64,000 nt of DNA. Origin: an uncultured Candidatus Pelagibacter sp. GTDB lineage: Bacteria; Pseudomonadota; Alphaproteobacteria; Pelagibacterales; Pelagibacteraceae. Each line of letters starts with the position of its first letter. Position 1 is the first letter of the stretch. The notes under the pieces are model-generated. The model saw only the letters and a program-made list of their open reading frames with translations. It ran no database searches and was not told the origin of the DNA. Both the position numbers and the translations under genes were made by a program. Where the stretch lies: positions 5,443-69,442 of the forward strand of contig CAJQSC010000004.1 of NCBI GenBank assembly GCA_905612465.1, read 5' to 3'. Positions 41,535 to 53,251 of this stretch are shown in pieces.

Positions 41535-42474
41535 CAAAAGAAGTTTCATAACTGGGATTAAATCTACAACTTTATCTGTTAAAGAAAAAAAATTCCTTCA
41601 ACAGTATAAACCATGGGGCATAATACTTTTTTCAAGAAATATAAAATCTTTAAACCAAGCAAAAAAATTAACCAATCAAATCAAAAAAATATTTAAAGAT
41701 AATAATTATCCTATTTTGATTGATCAAGAGGGTGGACGAGTTAATAGATTAAAAAAAGTTTTCAATACAGAACCTTTAACAGGAGAATTTTTTGGTAAAC
41801 TTTATTTAAAGGATAAGAAAAAGTTCTATGATTTTTATAAAATTTTTATAAAAAAGACATCTTTATTATTAAAATTGATTGGAGTAAATATTAACACTCT
41901 GCCTGTTCTTGATTTGAGATTAAAAGGTTCTAGCTCAATAATTGGTGACAGATCATTTTCAAAAGACCCAAAAACTGTCTCAAAAATAGGGGATATTTGT
42001 ATTAATAACTTTCACTCAAATAACATAGGAACTGTTATTAAACATATTCCTGGTCATGGTTTAGCTAAAGTGGATAGTCACAAATTAACACCGAGGGTTA
42101 ATAAAAATTTAAGATATTTGATAAAAAATGATTTTTCAACTTTTAAGAATAAGTCTAGTCTTTTTGCTATGACTGCTCATATTATTTACACAAATATAGA
42201 CAAGTCAAATACAACGACACACTCGAAAAAAGTAATTCAATTAATTAGAAATAATATTAAATTTAAAAACATATTAATTTCAGATGACATATCTATGAAA
42301 AGTTTAAAAAGCTCAATAAAAATCAATACTTTGAGAGCTTTTGATGCAGGTTGTGATTTAGTTCTTCATTGCAATGGAAATATTAAGGAAATGTACGATG
42401 TTGCAATTAACTCACCCTTAATAAGCAAGTTTATAATTAAAAAAACATCACAATTTAATAAAATTATAAGTTAA
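41527..42474 (+). CDS. nagZ: Beta-N-acetylhexosaminidase (GH3)
   Basis: IDQEGGRV.R, KHIPGHG....DSH, MTAH, ISDD. Confidence 0.94.
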   Translation: MNNKRSFITGIKSTTLSVKEKKFLQQYKPWGIILFSRNIKSLNQAKKLTNQIKKIFKDNNYPILIDQEGGRVNRLKKVFNTEPLTGEFFGKLYLKDKKKFYDFYKIFIKKTSLLLKLIGVNINTLPVLDLRLKGSSSIIGDRSFSKDPKTVSKIGDICINNFHSNNIGTVIKHIPGHGLAKVDSHKLTPRVNKNLRYLIKNDFSTFKNKSSLFAMTAHIIYTNIDKSNTTTHSKKVIQLIRNNIKFKNILISDDISMKSLKSSIKINTLRAFDAGCDLVLHCNGNIKEMYDVAINSPLISKFIIKKTSQFNKIIS

Positions 42475-42482
42475 TATTTAAT

Positions 42483-43223
42483 ATGTCTAATACCGATTCT
42501 AATAATTTTAATGTTGATCTTGAAAACTATCAAGGCCCCCTAGATGTTCTTTTAGATTTAGCTAAAACACAAAAAGTGGATCTTGAAAATATTTCCATAA
42601 CATTACTGGCAGATCAGTTTCATGATTATATTACAAATGAAAAAAACCTTAATTTAGAAACCGCATCTGAATATTTACTAATGGCTACTTGGTTAACTTA
42701 TCTAAAATCTAAACTTTTATTACCAGGGAATCCAGAGGAAGAATTTAAATTATTGGAAGTTGCTCAACAATTAAAATTACAATTAAAAAAATTAGAATTA
42801 ATTCGCCTTCTTTCAGACCAGATGTTAAAAAGAAAAAGATTGGGTAGAGAAATACGCTTAAGAGGAATTAAAGGAAGTATACGATCAATTTATAGTACTG
42901 AATATAAATTAAACCTTTATGAATTGTTGAAAACATATTCGGGTATTATCATGACAAAAGACTACCAGAGAATGAATATACCCAGATTACCCGTTTTTAC
43001 TACTGAGGATGGAATAAAACGTATTAAAGAATTTTTTGGTAAATTGATTGATTGGAAGAATATTAACGATTTAATCCCCAAAAATTTTAAAGATGGTATG
43101 AAATATAAAAAAACTGGTAAAGCTGGAATTTTTGCTGGATCTCTTGAACTTGTTAAAGAGGGAAATCTAACAATAAAACAAGAAAACTTATTTGATGAAA
43201 TATATGTTAAGGAGATTGAGTGA
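42483..43223 (+). CDS. scpA: Segregation and condensation protein A
   Basis: GPLDVLLDL, EYLLMATWL..KSK.LLP, LEL..EG. Confidence 0.93.
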   Translation: MSNTDSNNFNVDLENYQGPLDVLLDLAKTQKVDLENISITLLADQFHDYITNEKNLNLETASEYLLMATWLTYLKSKLLLPGNPEEEFKLLEVAQQLKLQLKKLELIRLLSDQMLKRKRLGREIRLRGIKGSIRSIYSTEYKLNLYELLKTYSGIIMTKDYQRMNIPRLPVFTTEDGIKRIKEFFGKLIDWKNINDLIPKNFKDGMKYKKTGKAGIFAGSLELVKEGNLTIKQENLFDEIYVKEIE

Positions 43224-43921
43224 CCAAAATTAATAAAAATTTAAAAACTAATATTGTAACATTTCCAAAGAAATTAAGTGATGGAGAGAGGGAAGTTGAA
43301 GCTATTGTCTTTGCTGCACTAGAACCACTTGATATAGACACAATAGAGTCTAAAATTTCTAAAAAAATTGATGTTTTAAAAACTTTAGAAAAACTTCAAA
43401 TTGAATATTCTACGAGGGGTATAAATTTAGTCTGCATTTCAAAAAGATGGTCATTCAGAACTTCTGAAAATTTATCAAACTTAATGTCACAAGAAAAAAC
43501 TGTTGAAAAAAAACTATCTAGAGCAGCTATTGAAACGCTTGCTATTATTGTTTATCACCAACCTGTAACCAGAGCTGAAATTGAAGAAATCAGAGGTGTA
43601 GCCTTTGGTACTAATACACTTGATATATTAATGGAACTAAATTGGGTCAAACCACAAGGACGTAAAGATGTTCCAGGTAAACCAATTCAGTATGGAACTA
43701 CAATTGATTTTTTAAGTCATTTTAGTCTTCAAAAATTATCAGACTTACCAACTGTTGATGAACTAGGTTCGGCTGGCTTAATCGATAGTGCTAATATCGA
43801 TAATGCAATATTTGGTACTGGTAAATTTTATAAAGAAAAACAAGAAGAAAAAAAAGAAGACATCTATGAAAATATAGATGAAATGCTAGGTGGTACGCTT
43901 AGTCCTGAAGAAGAAAAATAA
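43220..43921 (+). CDS. scpB: Segregation and condensation protein B
   Basis: EAIVFA, LSRAAIETLAII.Y.QPVTRAEIE.IRGV, PG.P..YGTT..FL; GTG start. Confidence 0.94.
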   Translation: MTKINKNLKTNIVTFPKKLSDGEREVEAIVFAALEPLDIDTIESKISKKIDVLKTLEKLQIEYSTRGINLVCISKRWSFRTSENLSNLMSQEKTVEKKLSRAAIETLAIIVYHQPVTRAEIEEIRGVAFGTNTLDILMELNWVKPQGRKDVPGKPIQYGTTIDFLSHFSLQKLSDLPTVDELGSAGLIDSANIDNAIFGTGKFYKEKQEEKKEDIYENIDEMLGGTLSPEEEK

Positions 43922-43964
43922 AAATGTTACTTTAAAGTTAAATCTAAAAGGAGTATAAAATTGT

Positions 43965-44165
43965 ATGAGCATAGGAATTTGGCAAATAGCAATAGTTGTT
44001 ATCTTAGTTGTCCTTTTATTTGGTAGAGGTAAAATCTCAAGTTTAATGGGTGATGTAGCTAAAGGTATTAAAAGTTTTAAAAAAGGTATGGCTACAGACA
44101 TCACAGATGAGCCAGAGCCAAAAAATGTTTCTGAAAATAATCAAGACAGTAAAGACAAAGAATAA
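43965..44165 (+). CDS. tatA: Twin-arginine translocase TatA
   Basis: TM-FG-amphipathic helix (GIKSFKKG); AAGGAG RBS. Confidence 0.95.
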   Translation: MSIGIWQIAIVVILVVLLFGRGKISSLMGDVAKGIKSFKKGMATDITDEPEPKNVSENNQDSKDKE

Positions 44166-44170
44166 TTTAA

Positions 44171-44392
44171 ATGCCCACTATTGGCTGGTTTGAGATTTTG
44201 CTGGTTGTAGCTGTTGCAATTATCGTTATAGGTCCAAAAGATTTTCCCTTTATGTTAAAAAAAGTTGGATCCTGGATTGGAACGACCAAAAGATATATTA
44301 TTAATATACAAAGCGAGGTAGCTGACCTTGATATTGGTTCTAACGAAATAGAAAAACCCTCAGAAGATGAAAAAGATAATGACAAAATCTGA
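44171..44392 (+). CDS. tatB: Twin-arginine translocase TatB (short)
   Basis: IGWFEIL...IGPKDFP; lies between tatA and tatC. Confidence 0.88.
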   Translation: MPTIGWFEILLVVAVAIIVIGPKDFPFMLKKVGSWIGTTKRYIINIQSEVADLDIGSNEIEKPSEDEKDNDKI

Positions 44393-45143
44393 AAATGAAG
44401 GCGGCTTTGTAAGTCATTTAACAGAACTTAGAAAAAGATTAATTCATTCGTTTATTTTTTTATTCATATTTTTTATTGGTTGTTATTTTTTTTCAGAACA
44501 TCTTTATGGTTTTTTAGTCGAGCCTTTTGCTAAAGCGGTAAATGACAGTGGAACCGATAGAAGGTTAATTTTTACAGCTTTACAAGAAACATTTTTAACA
44601 TACTTAAAAGTTTCTTTTTTTGCAGCATTCTTTGTTACTTGTCCTTTCATATTAGTGCAAATATGGAAATTTATTGCGCCAGGACTTTACAAACATGAAA
44701 AAATTGCAATCATTCCTTATCTAATATTAACACCTATATTATTTTTCTTAGGAGGAATGCTTGTTTATTATTTAATAATGCCACTCGCTATAAAATTTTT
44801 TCTTTCCTTTGAAAGTACAGGGGCTTCAACGGGCTTACCCATTCAATTAGAAGCAAAAGTGAGTGAATATCTTTCGCTTGTTATGAAATTAATTTTTGCA
44901 TTTGGTATAAGCTTTCAGTTACCGGTTGTTCTTAGCTTATTAGCTAGAGTAGGTATGGTTGATGCTAAATTTCTTAGAGAAAAAAGAAAATATGTTGTTG
45001 TAATGATTTTTGCAGCTGCAGCACTATTAACACCACCTGATCCCATAACTCAAATTGGCTTAGCAATACCATTATTGATTTTATATGAATTATCTATATT
45101 TTCTGTAAACATTATCGAAAAGAAAAATAAAAAAAATGCATAA
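44379..45143 (+). CDS. tatC: Twin-arginine translocase TatC
   Basis: HLTELRKRL, FIAPGLY..E, FQLP, TPPD; start is 44379 or 44367. Confidence 0.95.
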   Translation: MTKSENEGGFVSHLTELRKRLIHSFIFLFIFFIGCYFFSEHLYGFLVEPFAKAVNDSGTDRRLIFTALQETFLTYLKVSFFAAFFVTCPFILVQIWKFIAPGLYKHEKIAIIPYLILTPILFFLGGMLVYYLIMPLAIKFFLSFESTGASTGLPIQLEAKVSEYLSLVMKLIFAFGISFQLPVVLSLLARVGMVDAKFLREKRKYVVVMIFAAAALLTPPDPITQIGLAIPLLILYELSIFSVNIIEKKNKKNA

Positions 45144-46395
45144 TATAAAAGAAATTAGAAATGACATTGAAGCTTTTAAAAAAGCTTTAGATAAAAGATT
45201 CTTAGACATTGATGTTGATAAAATTTTATCATTAGATGAAAATAATAGAAAATACATCCAAGAAAGAGAAATACTTGAAAAAGAAAAAAAAGATATTTCA
45301 AAATCAAAAGATAAAACACTCTTTGAAAAATCCAAAAATATTTCTACTGAGATTGAAAAAATTAATAACTTACAAGCAGTTGTTAGGGTGCAATTAGAAA
45401 CCATTTTATCATCAATTCCCAATATACCTTATTCAGATGTACCTATTGGTAAAGATGAAAACTCAAATATTGAAATTTTAAAATCTGGAATAATTCCTAA
45501 CTTTACATTTGAACCTAAATCTCACTATGAATTAGGTGAGAACTTAGAAATGTTAGATTTTGATCTTGCAACGAAAACAACTGGATCTAGGTTTGTTTTT
45601 GTAAAAGATAAATTAGCTTTATTGGAAAGAGCATTATCTAATTTTATGTTAGATACTCACGTTAACATTAATGGCTATAAAGAAATTTCACCTCCATTAA
45701 TAGCAACAGATTCAACTATGTTTGGAACTGGTCAATTACCAAAATTTGATAATGACCAATTTGAGCTTAAGCTAGAGGACTCAAGTGATAGAAAGTTTTT
45801 GATTCCAACAGCGGAAGTGATTTTAACAAATATTGTTAAAGATAAAATTGTTGAAAAAAAAAATCTACCCATGAGAATGGTTGCCTCAACCCCTTGTTTT
45901 AGAAAAGAAGCTGGAAGCTATGGTAAAGATACCAAAGGGATGATTAGACAACATCAATTTTATAAAGTTGAAATGGTGAGTATTGTTGAGGCTGAAAAGT
46001 GTTTACCAGAACTTGATAGAATGACTGATTGTGCAACTAAAATTTTAGATTTATTAAAACTTCCTTATAGAAAAATTGTTTTATGTACTGGTGATATGGG
46101 CTTTAGTGCTGAAAAAACTTTCGATATTGAGGTATGGCTACCATCTGAGAATAAATATAGAGAAATTTCTAGTTGTTCTTCTTGTGGATCATTTCAAGCT
46201 AGAAGAATGAAAGCCAGATATAAAAATGACAAAAAAGAAACAGTTCTTGTTGGAACACTAAATGGTAGTGGTTTAGCAGTTGGCAGAACTATGGTTGCTA
46301 TTTTAGAAAATTATCAACAAGAAGATGGATCTATTATTGTTCCTGAGGTTTTAAAGCCATACATGAATAATATTCAGAAAATCAACAAGATTTAA
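45136..46395 (+). CDS. serS: Serine--tRNA ligase
   Basis: GTGQLPKF, LIPTAEV, FRKEAG, RQHQF.KVE, EISSCS, LNGSGLAVGR. Confidence 0.98.
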   Translation: MHNIKEIRNDIEAFKKALDKRFLDIDVDKILSLDENNRKYIQEREILEKEKKDISKSKDKTLFEKSKNISTEIEKINNLQAVVRVQLETILSSIPNIPYSDVPIGKDENSNIEILKSGIIPNFTFEPKSHYELGENLEMLDFDLATKTTGSRFVFVKDKLALLERALSNFMLDTHVNINGYKEISPPLIATDSTMFGTGQLPKFDNDQFELKLEDSSDRKFLIPTAEVILTNIVKDKIVEKKNLPMRMVASTPCFRKEAGSYGKDTKGMIRQHQFYKVEMVSIVEAEKCLPELDRMTDCATKILDLLKLPYRKIVLCTGDMGFSAEKTFDIEVWLPSENKYREISSCSSCGSFQARRMKARYKNDKKETVLVGTLNGSGLAVGRTMVAILENYQQEDGSIIVPEVLKPYMNNIQKINKI

Positions 46396-46448
46396 AGTTG
46401 TTTTAATTTAATAGATGTTGTAAGTATTCACTTTAATCAAGGAGAATT

Positions 46449-46739
46449 ATGGATCAAGGAATAGGCCAATTTATACCACTAATTTTAATTTTTGTTATTT
46501 TTTACTTTTTTTTAATAAGACCTCAACAAAAGAAAGTTAAAGAGCATAAAGCCATGGTAGAAAACTTATCCAGAGGGGACAAAGTTGTAACATCTGCTGG
46601 TATCATTGGAACGGTTGAAAGAATTATTGATAATGAAAAAGTTGAAGTGCAAATTGCTGACAACGTTAAAGTTGAAATTGTCAAATCTACAGGTATCCAA
46701 GGATTACTTAACCCACCAGTAACTGAAGTAAAAAAATAA
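46449..46739 (+). CDS. yajC: Preprotein translocase subunit YajC
   Basis: FYFFLIRPQQK, GD.VVT..GI.G; AAGGAG RBS. Confidence 0.95.
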   Translation: MDQGIGQFIPLILIFVIFYFFLIRPQQKKVKEHKAMVENLSRGDKVVTSAGIIGTVERIIDNEKVEVQIADNVKVEIVKSTGIQGLLNPPVTEVKK

Positions 46740-46751
46740 CATTAAACTAAA

Positions 46752-48305
46752 GTGTTATACTTTTCTAAATTAAGAATTACTTTAGTTTCTTTAGTATCAC
46801 TTTTTTTTATCTATATTGCCTCGTCTAATTTTCAAGATCCAGATCGTAGTCTTATATCTAAAAGAATAAACTTAGGACTAGATTTACAGGGTGGCTCTTA
46901 TTTATTGCTTGAAATTGATAATGGACCTGTTGAAATACAAAAATTACAAAACACTACAACGGTCATAAGAAATTTTCTAAAAGATAAAAAGATAAATTTT
47001 AATGATTTAAGAATACAAAATAAATCAATTGTATTTACTGTTTCTAAAAATAATGCTGCTTTAGTCGAAACTTTTTTCCTGGATAAAGAAAGTGAAATCA
47101 ACCCTTATTACAACCAATATAAATCACATCAATTTGATCTAATTATAGATGGTAGTGAAATTATACTATCACTTTCTAAATATGGACTTATCGAAATTAA
47201 AACATCTTCACAAGATCAAGCTCTAGAAATAGTTAGAAGAAGAGTTGATGAAGTTGGGACTAATGAACCAAATATAATAAAAAGAGGTAATAATAGAATT
47301 CTTGTTGAGCTTCCTGGTTTAGATGATCCTATGAGGATAAAATCTCTACTAGGTAAGACTGCAAACTTGACATTTAGATTTGTCTCAAAAAATAATAATG
47401 ACTCTTTTGGTACAGAAACACTTCAATTTGAGGACGGTATGAGTGAGGCATTGGTTAGTAAAAGAATAATTTTAAATGGTGAAAACTTACTTGATGCACA
47501 ACCACAAATGAATAACCAGACTAATGAAACAGTAGTATCATTCACTCTTGATAGAGTAGGTGCTAAAAGGTTTGGTAAAGCAACTAGCACAGGTATTGGT
47601 AAGCAATTGGCAATTGTTCTGGATGGAAAAATTGTTAGTGCACCAGTAATTAGAGACACAATAGCCAGTGGAAACGGTCAAATTAGTGGTGGTTTTACAT
47701 TTCAGTCAGCAACCGACTTAGCTTTATTGCTTAGATCCGGGGCTTTACCGGCACCATTAAATATAATTGAAGAAAGAACTGTAGGACCTGATCTTGGTCA
47801 GGATTCAATTAATGCTGGTGTTATTGCTTTATTGATTGGTTTTTTACTTGTAATTATTTTTATGTTTTTTAAATATAAAATATTTGGCTTGATTGCCAAT
47901 ATAACATTATTAGTTAACCTATTTTTCTTAGTTGGTATACTGACATTATTTGGAGCAACATTAACACTACCTGGAATTGCTGGTATTATATTGACGGTTG
48001 GAATGGCTGTAGATGCAAATGTTTTAATTTTTGAAAGAATTAAAGAAGAGTGCAAAAAAGAAAAAAATAATATTATAGCTTTTGATACTGGATACGTTAA
48101 ATCAAAAACGGCTATTATAGACGCAAATATAACAACACTGATCGCAGCTATCATTTTATTTTTGATGGGATCTGGTCCCGTTAAAGGCTTTTCAGTAACT
48201 TTAGCTGTTGGAATTTTTACTACTTTATTTTCAGTATATTTTATTGCTAGAATGCTTACTGGCCTTTACGTTGTAAGGAATAAAGAGAAAGAAAATTTAA
48301 TATAA
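46752..48305 (+). CDS. secD: Protein translocase subunit SecD
   Basis: LGLDLQGG, RRVD..G, LRSGALP, GMAVDANVLIFERI; GTG start. Confidence 0.96.
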   Translation: MLYFSKLRITLVSLVSLFFIYIASSNFQDPDRSLISKRINLGLDLQGGSYLLLEIDNGPVEIQKLQNTTTVIRNFLKDKKINFNDLRIQNKSIVFTVSKNNAALVETFFLDKESEINPYYNQYKSHQFDLIIDGSEIILSLSKYGLIEIKTSSQDQALEIVRRRVDEVGTNEPNIIKRGNNRILVELPGLDDPMRIKSLLGKTANLTFRFVSKNNNDSFGTETLQFEDGMSEALVSKRIILNGENLLDAQPQMNNQTNETVVSFTLDRVGAKRFGKATSTGIGKQLAIVLDGKIVSAPVIRDTIASGNGQISGGFTFQSATDLALLLRSGALPAPLNIIEERTVGPDLGQDSINAGVIALLIGFLLVIIFMFFKYKIFGLIANITLLVNLFFLVGILTLFGATLTLPGIAGIILTVGMAVDANVLIFERIKEECKKEKNNIIAFDTGYVKSKTAIIDANITTLIAAIILFLMGSGPVKGFSVTLAVGIFTTLFSVYFIARMLTGLYVVRNKEKENLI

Positions 48306-49193
48306 ATGATTAATTTTAATAAATTTTATAGATTATTTAACCTGATTTCACTTAGTCTAGTTATAATGTCTATTCTATTGCTGCTTTTTAAAGGACTTAA
48401 TTATGGTGTAGACTTTAAAGGTGGAACTTTAATTGAGTTAAGAGCAAATGATAAAAGTATCAACGTTACATCTTTAAGACAATCTTTTAGACAAATGAAT
48501 GTGGGAGATTTTAATGTTAAAAAATTTGGCAATGAAAATGACTTTTTAATTAAGATTGAAAAAAAAGATACCAGTGCTAATGCTATTGAGATTATTAAAA
48601 AAGAATTAACATCATCAGTAGGTGGTTCTTTTAACTTTAGAAGAGTAGAGAATGTAGGTCCAAAAGTAAGTGCAGAATTATTAAAATCTGGAGTTATCGC
48701 TATTGCATTGTCATTGGCCGCTATGTTGTTTTATATTTGGGTAAGATTTGAATGGCAATTCAGTTTAGGTGCAATTTTAGCTTTGTTTCATGACGTTATT
48801 ATAACATTGGGTCTATTTTCATTATTTAGCTTAGAGATAAATCTTTCAATAGTGGCTGCTGTTTTAACGATAGTTGGTTATTCTATGAACGATACAGTTG
48901 TCATTTATGATAGAGTTAGAGAGAATCTTAGAAAATTTTCTGATATTAAGATCTTTGAACTTACAAATATCTCGATTAATGAGACTCTTTCAAGAACTAT
49001 AATTACATCTGTTACAACTTTACTTGCACTGGTCTCAATTTATTTATTTGGTGGAGAAATATTAAAAGGTTTTTCATTAGCTATGATTATGGGCGTAGTA
49101 TTTGGAACTTATTCTTCAATATATATCGCTAACCCAGTACTAGTAAAACTTAGAGTTTCACAAAAAACAATCCTAAAAGAAGATTCAGAGTAA
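48306..49193 (+). CDS. secF: Protein translocase subunit SecF
   Basis: GVDFKGG, VGP.V, HD, GYSMNDTVVIYDRVRE, GTYSS. Confidence 0.96.
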   Translation: MINFNKFYRLFNLISLSLVIMSILLLLFKGLNYGVDFKGGTLIELRANDKSINVTSLRQSFRQMNVGDFNVKKFGNENDFLIKIEKKDTSANAIEIIKKELTSSVGGSFNFRRVENVGPKVSAELLKSGVIAIALSLAAMLFYIWVRFEWQFSLGAILALFHDVIITLGLFSLFSLEINLSIVAAVLTIVGYSMNDTVVIYDRVRENLRKFSDIKIFELTNISINETLSRTIITSVTTLLALVSIYLFGGEILKGFSLAMIMGVVFGTYSSIYIANPVLVKLRVSQKTILKEDSE

Positions 49194-49195
49194 AA

Positions 49196-49801
49196 TTAAT
49201 ATAGATTTTGTGCGGCTACCATTGAAAGTAACATTGGCAAAGATAAAAGTGTATTTGTTCTTGAAAACAGCATAGCAGTTCTAGCTGATTTTGCCTTAAT
49301 ATCAGGTTCACATGCTACAATTCCTAAAGCCCTTTTTTGATTTGGCCAAATTATAAACCAAACATTAAAAGCCATATATAATCCAAGCCACATACCAATT
49401 CCAATGGCTGTACTTTTTCCACCACCACCTAAAGTCATAGCATCATGCAAATAACCATTTAAGTAAGCTAAAAATAATCCAGAAATTATTGTAAGTAGTG
49501 CTGCCCACCTAAAATAAAATAGTGCTGCAGGTGCGATCACCTTACCTATTGCTGGTTTTTGTTCATCTGGGATTTTTGGCATGTTTGGAATCTGAACAAA
49601 GTTGAAATACCAAAGTAAGCCAATCCACATGATTGCAACTGTCACATGAATTAATCTAGTTAACCAACTCCAAAAAATTGTATCAAAATCGAATCCACCA
49701 TTCCCATAAAATAAACCTAAGAAAAGAATTATGGCTAATGCTAATGAGGCATGAATAGTTTTTGGAAGTGATGATAGTAAATTACCCATATATAGAATCA
49801 C
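49196..49801 (-). CDS. Urate oxidase N-terminal (PuuD-like) membrane protein without a cytochrome c domain
   Basis: H...IMWIGLLWYFNFVQ, FRW, NVW..IWPNQ, SRTNT; start may be 49789. Confidence 0.78.
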   Translation of the reverse strand: MILYMGNLLSSLPKTIHASLALAIILFLGLFYGNGGFDFDTIFWSWLTRLIHVTVAIMWIGLLWYFNFVQIPNMPKIPDEQKPAIGKVIAPAALFYFRWAALLTIISGLFLAYLNGYLHDAMTLGGGGKSTAIGIGMWLGLYMAFNVWFIIWPNQKRALGIVACEPDIKAKSARTAMLFSRTNTLLSLPMLLSMVAAQNLY

Positions 49802-49816
49802 TTATACACTAATTAT

Positions 49817-52696
49817 TTAAATCTTTAACTTTTTTTTAAATTTATCTTCCAACATAGGTTTTAAGAATTCACCAGTATAACTACCCTTTATCTTAATAAT
49901 ATCCTCAGGTTTCCCTTCTGCGATAATATTACCACCTTTGACCCCACCTTCAGGACCCATATCCACAATATAATCAGCTGTTTTGATAACATCTAGATTA
50001 TGTTCAATAACAACTACGGTATTTCCTAATGCAACAAATGTATGTAAAATTTCTAGTAGTTTTTTTATATCATGCTGATGAAGACCAGTAGTAGGTTCAT
50101 CTAGAATATACATTGTTCTGCCCGTTGATCTTTTAGATAATTCTTTGGCTAACTTAATACGTTGAGCTTCACCACCAGATAACGTTGTTGCCTGCTGTCC
50201 AATTTTTATATAGCCAAGGCCTACTTTTTTTAATGTTAATAGTTTTGTTTTAATATTTGAAATATTTTCAAAATATTCACATCCCTCATCTACAGACATA
50301 TCTAATACATCGGCAATACTTTTGTCTTTGAATTTTATCTCAAGAGTTTCTCTATTATATCGAGTTCCTTTACATTCATCACATTGTATATAAACGTCAG
50401 GTAAGAAATGCATCTCATATGTAATTACACCATCCCCCTCACAAGCTTCACATCTTCCACCTTTAACGTTAAAAGAAAATCTGCCTGGCTTATATCCTCT
50501 TGTTTTTGACTCTGGTAGTGCCGTAAACCAATCTCTAATAGGGCCAAATGCTCCAGTATAAGTTGCTGGGTTTGATCTAGGTGTTCTTCCAATAGGAGAC
50601 TGATCTATATCGATTATTTTATCTATAAGTTCAACACCCTTATAACTTTTAAATGCTTTAGGAACTTTTCTAGCTTTATTGTTTAAGGTTAAATTTAGCG
50701 CATGATATAACGTTTGTAATATTAATGTAGATTTACCACTACCAGAGACACCAGTTACGCAAGTAAAACTTCCTGTTGGAATTTTAAGATTAACGTTATT
50801 TAAATTATTTCCACTAGCACCATTAATTTCAACAAACCTACCATTTTTTGCAAGCCTTCTAGTTCTTGGAATTTCTATATACTTTTTATGAGATAAGTAT
50901 TGGCCAGTGATACTGTTTTTATTTTTTAGTATTTCATCATAGGTACCTTGTGCAATTATTTCACCACCATTAGTTCCAGCTTCTGGACCCATATCTATTA
51001 TGTGATCTGCATTTTCCATAGTTTCCGTATCATGCTCAACAACAATTACTGTATTGCCTAAATCTCTCAGTCTTTTTAATGCATTTATTAATTTAACATT
51101 ATCTTTTTGATGCAATCCAATAGAAGGCTCATCAAGTACATACAGTACACCAGTTAATCCAGAACCAATTTGTGAGGCAAGCCTTATTCTTTGAGCCTCA
51201 CCTCCAGAAAGGGTGCCTGACTCTCTCGATAGGGTTAAATATTCAAGCCCAACATTTAAAAGGAAGGTTAGTCTTTCATTAATTTCTTTTAAAATATGTT
51301 CTGCTATCTTAAATTGTCGTTTATCAAGATTTTGTTCTAAGCTTTTAAACCATTTAGCTGCATCTAAAATAGATTTTTTAGTTACCTCACTTATATTTTG
51401 ATCATCAATTTTAACACATAAGGCTTCTTCTTTTAATCTATTGCCGTTACATCCTTCACAAGCAGAATCAGATTGGTATTCAGCTATCGCTTCTCTTTTC
51501 CAATCACTATCAGATTCAAGAAATCTTCTTTCAAGATTGTTTATTACACCTTCAAAAGTTTTTTTATGAGAATATTTTTCATAACCATCGTCATAAACAA
51601 ACTTAATTTCTTCCTCATCTGATCCAAACAATATTACATCTTTAAATTTTTTTGGAAGTTTTTTCCATCTTTCATCTAAAGAAAATTCGTAATGTTTAGC
51701 AATAGAGGCTAAGGTTTGGGCATAATATAATGTTGTTGATTTAGCCCAGGGTTCTATAGCACCATCAGCAATACTTTTTTTCTCATCAGGAATTACAAGG
51801 TTTGGATCAACGTTTAACTTTATACCGATACCTTCACATTCTGCACACGCTCCGTAAGGACTATTAAAAGAAAAAAGTCTTGGCTCAATCTCTTCAATTG
51901 TAAAACCACTTTCTGGACACGCAAATTTAGTAGAATAAATTAATTTTTCAATTTTTCTAAATTTTTGTGGCAATGTTTCATCTTCATACTCAACAAATAC
52001 CAACCCATTTGATAAATTTACAGCTGTCTCAATACTTTCAGCAAGTCTATTACCAAGATTAGAATTCAAGACAATTCTATCAACTAAAACAGATATATCA
52101 TGTTTAAGTTTTTTATCTAAATTTGGTGCTTTATCTATTTCATATATGACTTCATCAATTTTAATTTTTCTAAAACCTCTTCTTTTGTAACTTAAAATAT
52201 CCTTTCTATATTCTCCCTTACGACCTCTAACTACAGGAGCAAAAATATAAATAGTTGATTTTTTTGGTAATTTTTTTATTAAATCAACGATTTGGGTTAT
52301 TGTTTGTGATGTTATTGGTTTTCCTGTGAATGGTGAGTAGGGTACACCTGCCCTTGCGTATAGTACTCTCATGTAGTCATAAATTTCCGTAACTGTTGCA
52401 ACAGTTGACCTTGGATTTTTAGATGTATTTTTCTGTTCTATAGCTATAGCAGGACTTAATCCCTCGATAAGATCAACATTTGGTTTTTTCATCTTATCCA
52501 AAAATTGACGGGCATAAGCAGATAAGCTTTCAACGTATCTTCTTTGTCCTTCAGCATACACAGTGTCAAATGCTAAAGAGGATTTTCCGGAACCAGAAAG
52601 ACCAGTAATTACAACAAACTGATCTTTAGGTATTTCTACTGAAACATTCTTTAAATTATGTTCTTTTGCACCCTTGATAACTATCTTTTTAATCAT
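49817..52696 (-). CDS. uvrA: Excinuclease ABC subunit A
   Basis: Two ABC ATPase domains ([26 protein letters not shown]) and Zn-finger CxxC motifs. Confidence 0.98.
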   Translation of the reverse strand: MIKKIVIKGAKEHNLKNVSVEIPKDQFVVITGLSGSGKSSLAFDTVYAEGQRRYVESLSAYARQFLDKMKKPNVDLIEGLSPAIAIEQKNTSKNPRSTVATVTEIYDYMRVLYARAGVPYSPFTGKPITSQTITQIVDLIKKLPKKSTIYIFAPVVRGRKGEYRKDILSYKRRGFRKIKIDEVIYEIDKAPNLDKKLKHDISVLVDRIVLNSNLGNRLAESIETAVNLSNGLVFVEYEDETLPQKFRKIEKLIYSTKFACPESGFTIEEIEPRLFSFNSPYGACAECEGIGIKLNVDPNLVIPDEKKSIADGAIEPWAKSTTLYYAQTLASIAKHYEFSLDERWKKLPKKFKDVILFGSDEEEIKFVYDDGYEKYSHKKTFEGVINNLERRFLESDSDWKREAIAEYQSDSACEGCNGNRLKEEALCVKIDDQNISEVTKKSILDAAKWFKSLEQNLDKRQFKIAEHILKEINERLTFLLNVGLEYLTLSRESGTLSGGEAQRIRLASQIGSGLTGVLYVLDEPSIGLHQKDNVKLINALKRLRDLGNTVIVVEHDTETMENADHIIDMGPEAGTNGGEIIAQGTYDEILKNKNSITGQYLSHKKYIEIPRTRRLAKNGRFVEINGASGNNLNNVNLKIPTGSFTCVTGVSGSGKSTLILQTLYHALNLTLNNKARKVPKAFKSYKGVELIDKIIDIDQSPIGRTPRSNPATYTGAFGPIRDWFTALPESKTRGYKPGRFSFNVKGGRCEACEGDGVITYEMHFLPDVYIQCDECKGTRYNRETLEIKFKDKSIADVLDMSVDEGCEYFENISNIKTKLLTLKKVGLGYIKIGQQATTLSGGEAQRIKLAKELSKRSTGRTMYILDEPTTGLHQHDIKKLLEILHTFVALGNTVVVIEHNLDVIKTADYIVDMGPEGGVKGGNIIAEGKPEDIIKIKGSYTGEFLKPMLEDKFKKKLKI

Positions 52697-52784
52697 AATT
52701 TTAGTTGCTTTAAATTAATAAAATTAATATTCAATAAATATTGTGATATAAATTTAATTAAATAAATAAAGAATTATAAATATT

Positions 52785-53246
52785 ATGGCTGGAAGTTTAA
52801 ATAAAGTATTATTAATTGGGCGTTTAGGCGCAGACCCAGAAATTAAACAAATGGTAAATGGCAAAAGTGTTGCCAGATTAAGTTTGGCTACAAGCCAATC
52901 ATGGAAAGATAAAACTACTGGTGAAAAAAAAGAAAAAACAGAATGGCACCGTATAGTTGTATTCAATGATGGTTTAGTTAACGTTGTTCAGCAATATTTA
53001 AAAAAAGGTGCTCAAATTTATGTTGAAGGACAAATAACTACTAGAAAATGGAAAGACGAACAATCTGGACAAGACAAATACTCAACAGAAATAGTAATTC
53101 AAGGATACAATTCTTCACTTACTATGTTAGGTGGTGGAAACACGGGTGGTGGTGGTATTCAAAATGATAACACTCAGACACCTGCTAGTAATATTGAAGA
53201 CAGTCCTCAAGTTTCAAATGATATGGATGATGAAATTCCCTTTTAG
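52785..53246 (+). CDS. ssb: Single-stranded DNA-binding protein
   Basis: NKV.LIGRLG.DPE, TEWH, acidic DDEIPF tail. Confidence 0.98.
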   Translation: MAGSLNKVLLIGRLGADPEIKQMVNGKSVARLSLATSQSWKDKTTGEKKEKTEWHRIVVFNDGLVNVVQQYLKKGAQIYVEGQITTRKWKDEQSGQDKYSTEIVIQGYNSSLTMLGGGNTGGGGIQNDNTQTPASNIEDSPQVSNDMDDEIPF

Positions 53247-53251
53247 TTTCT

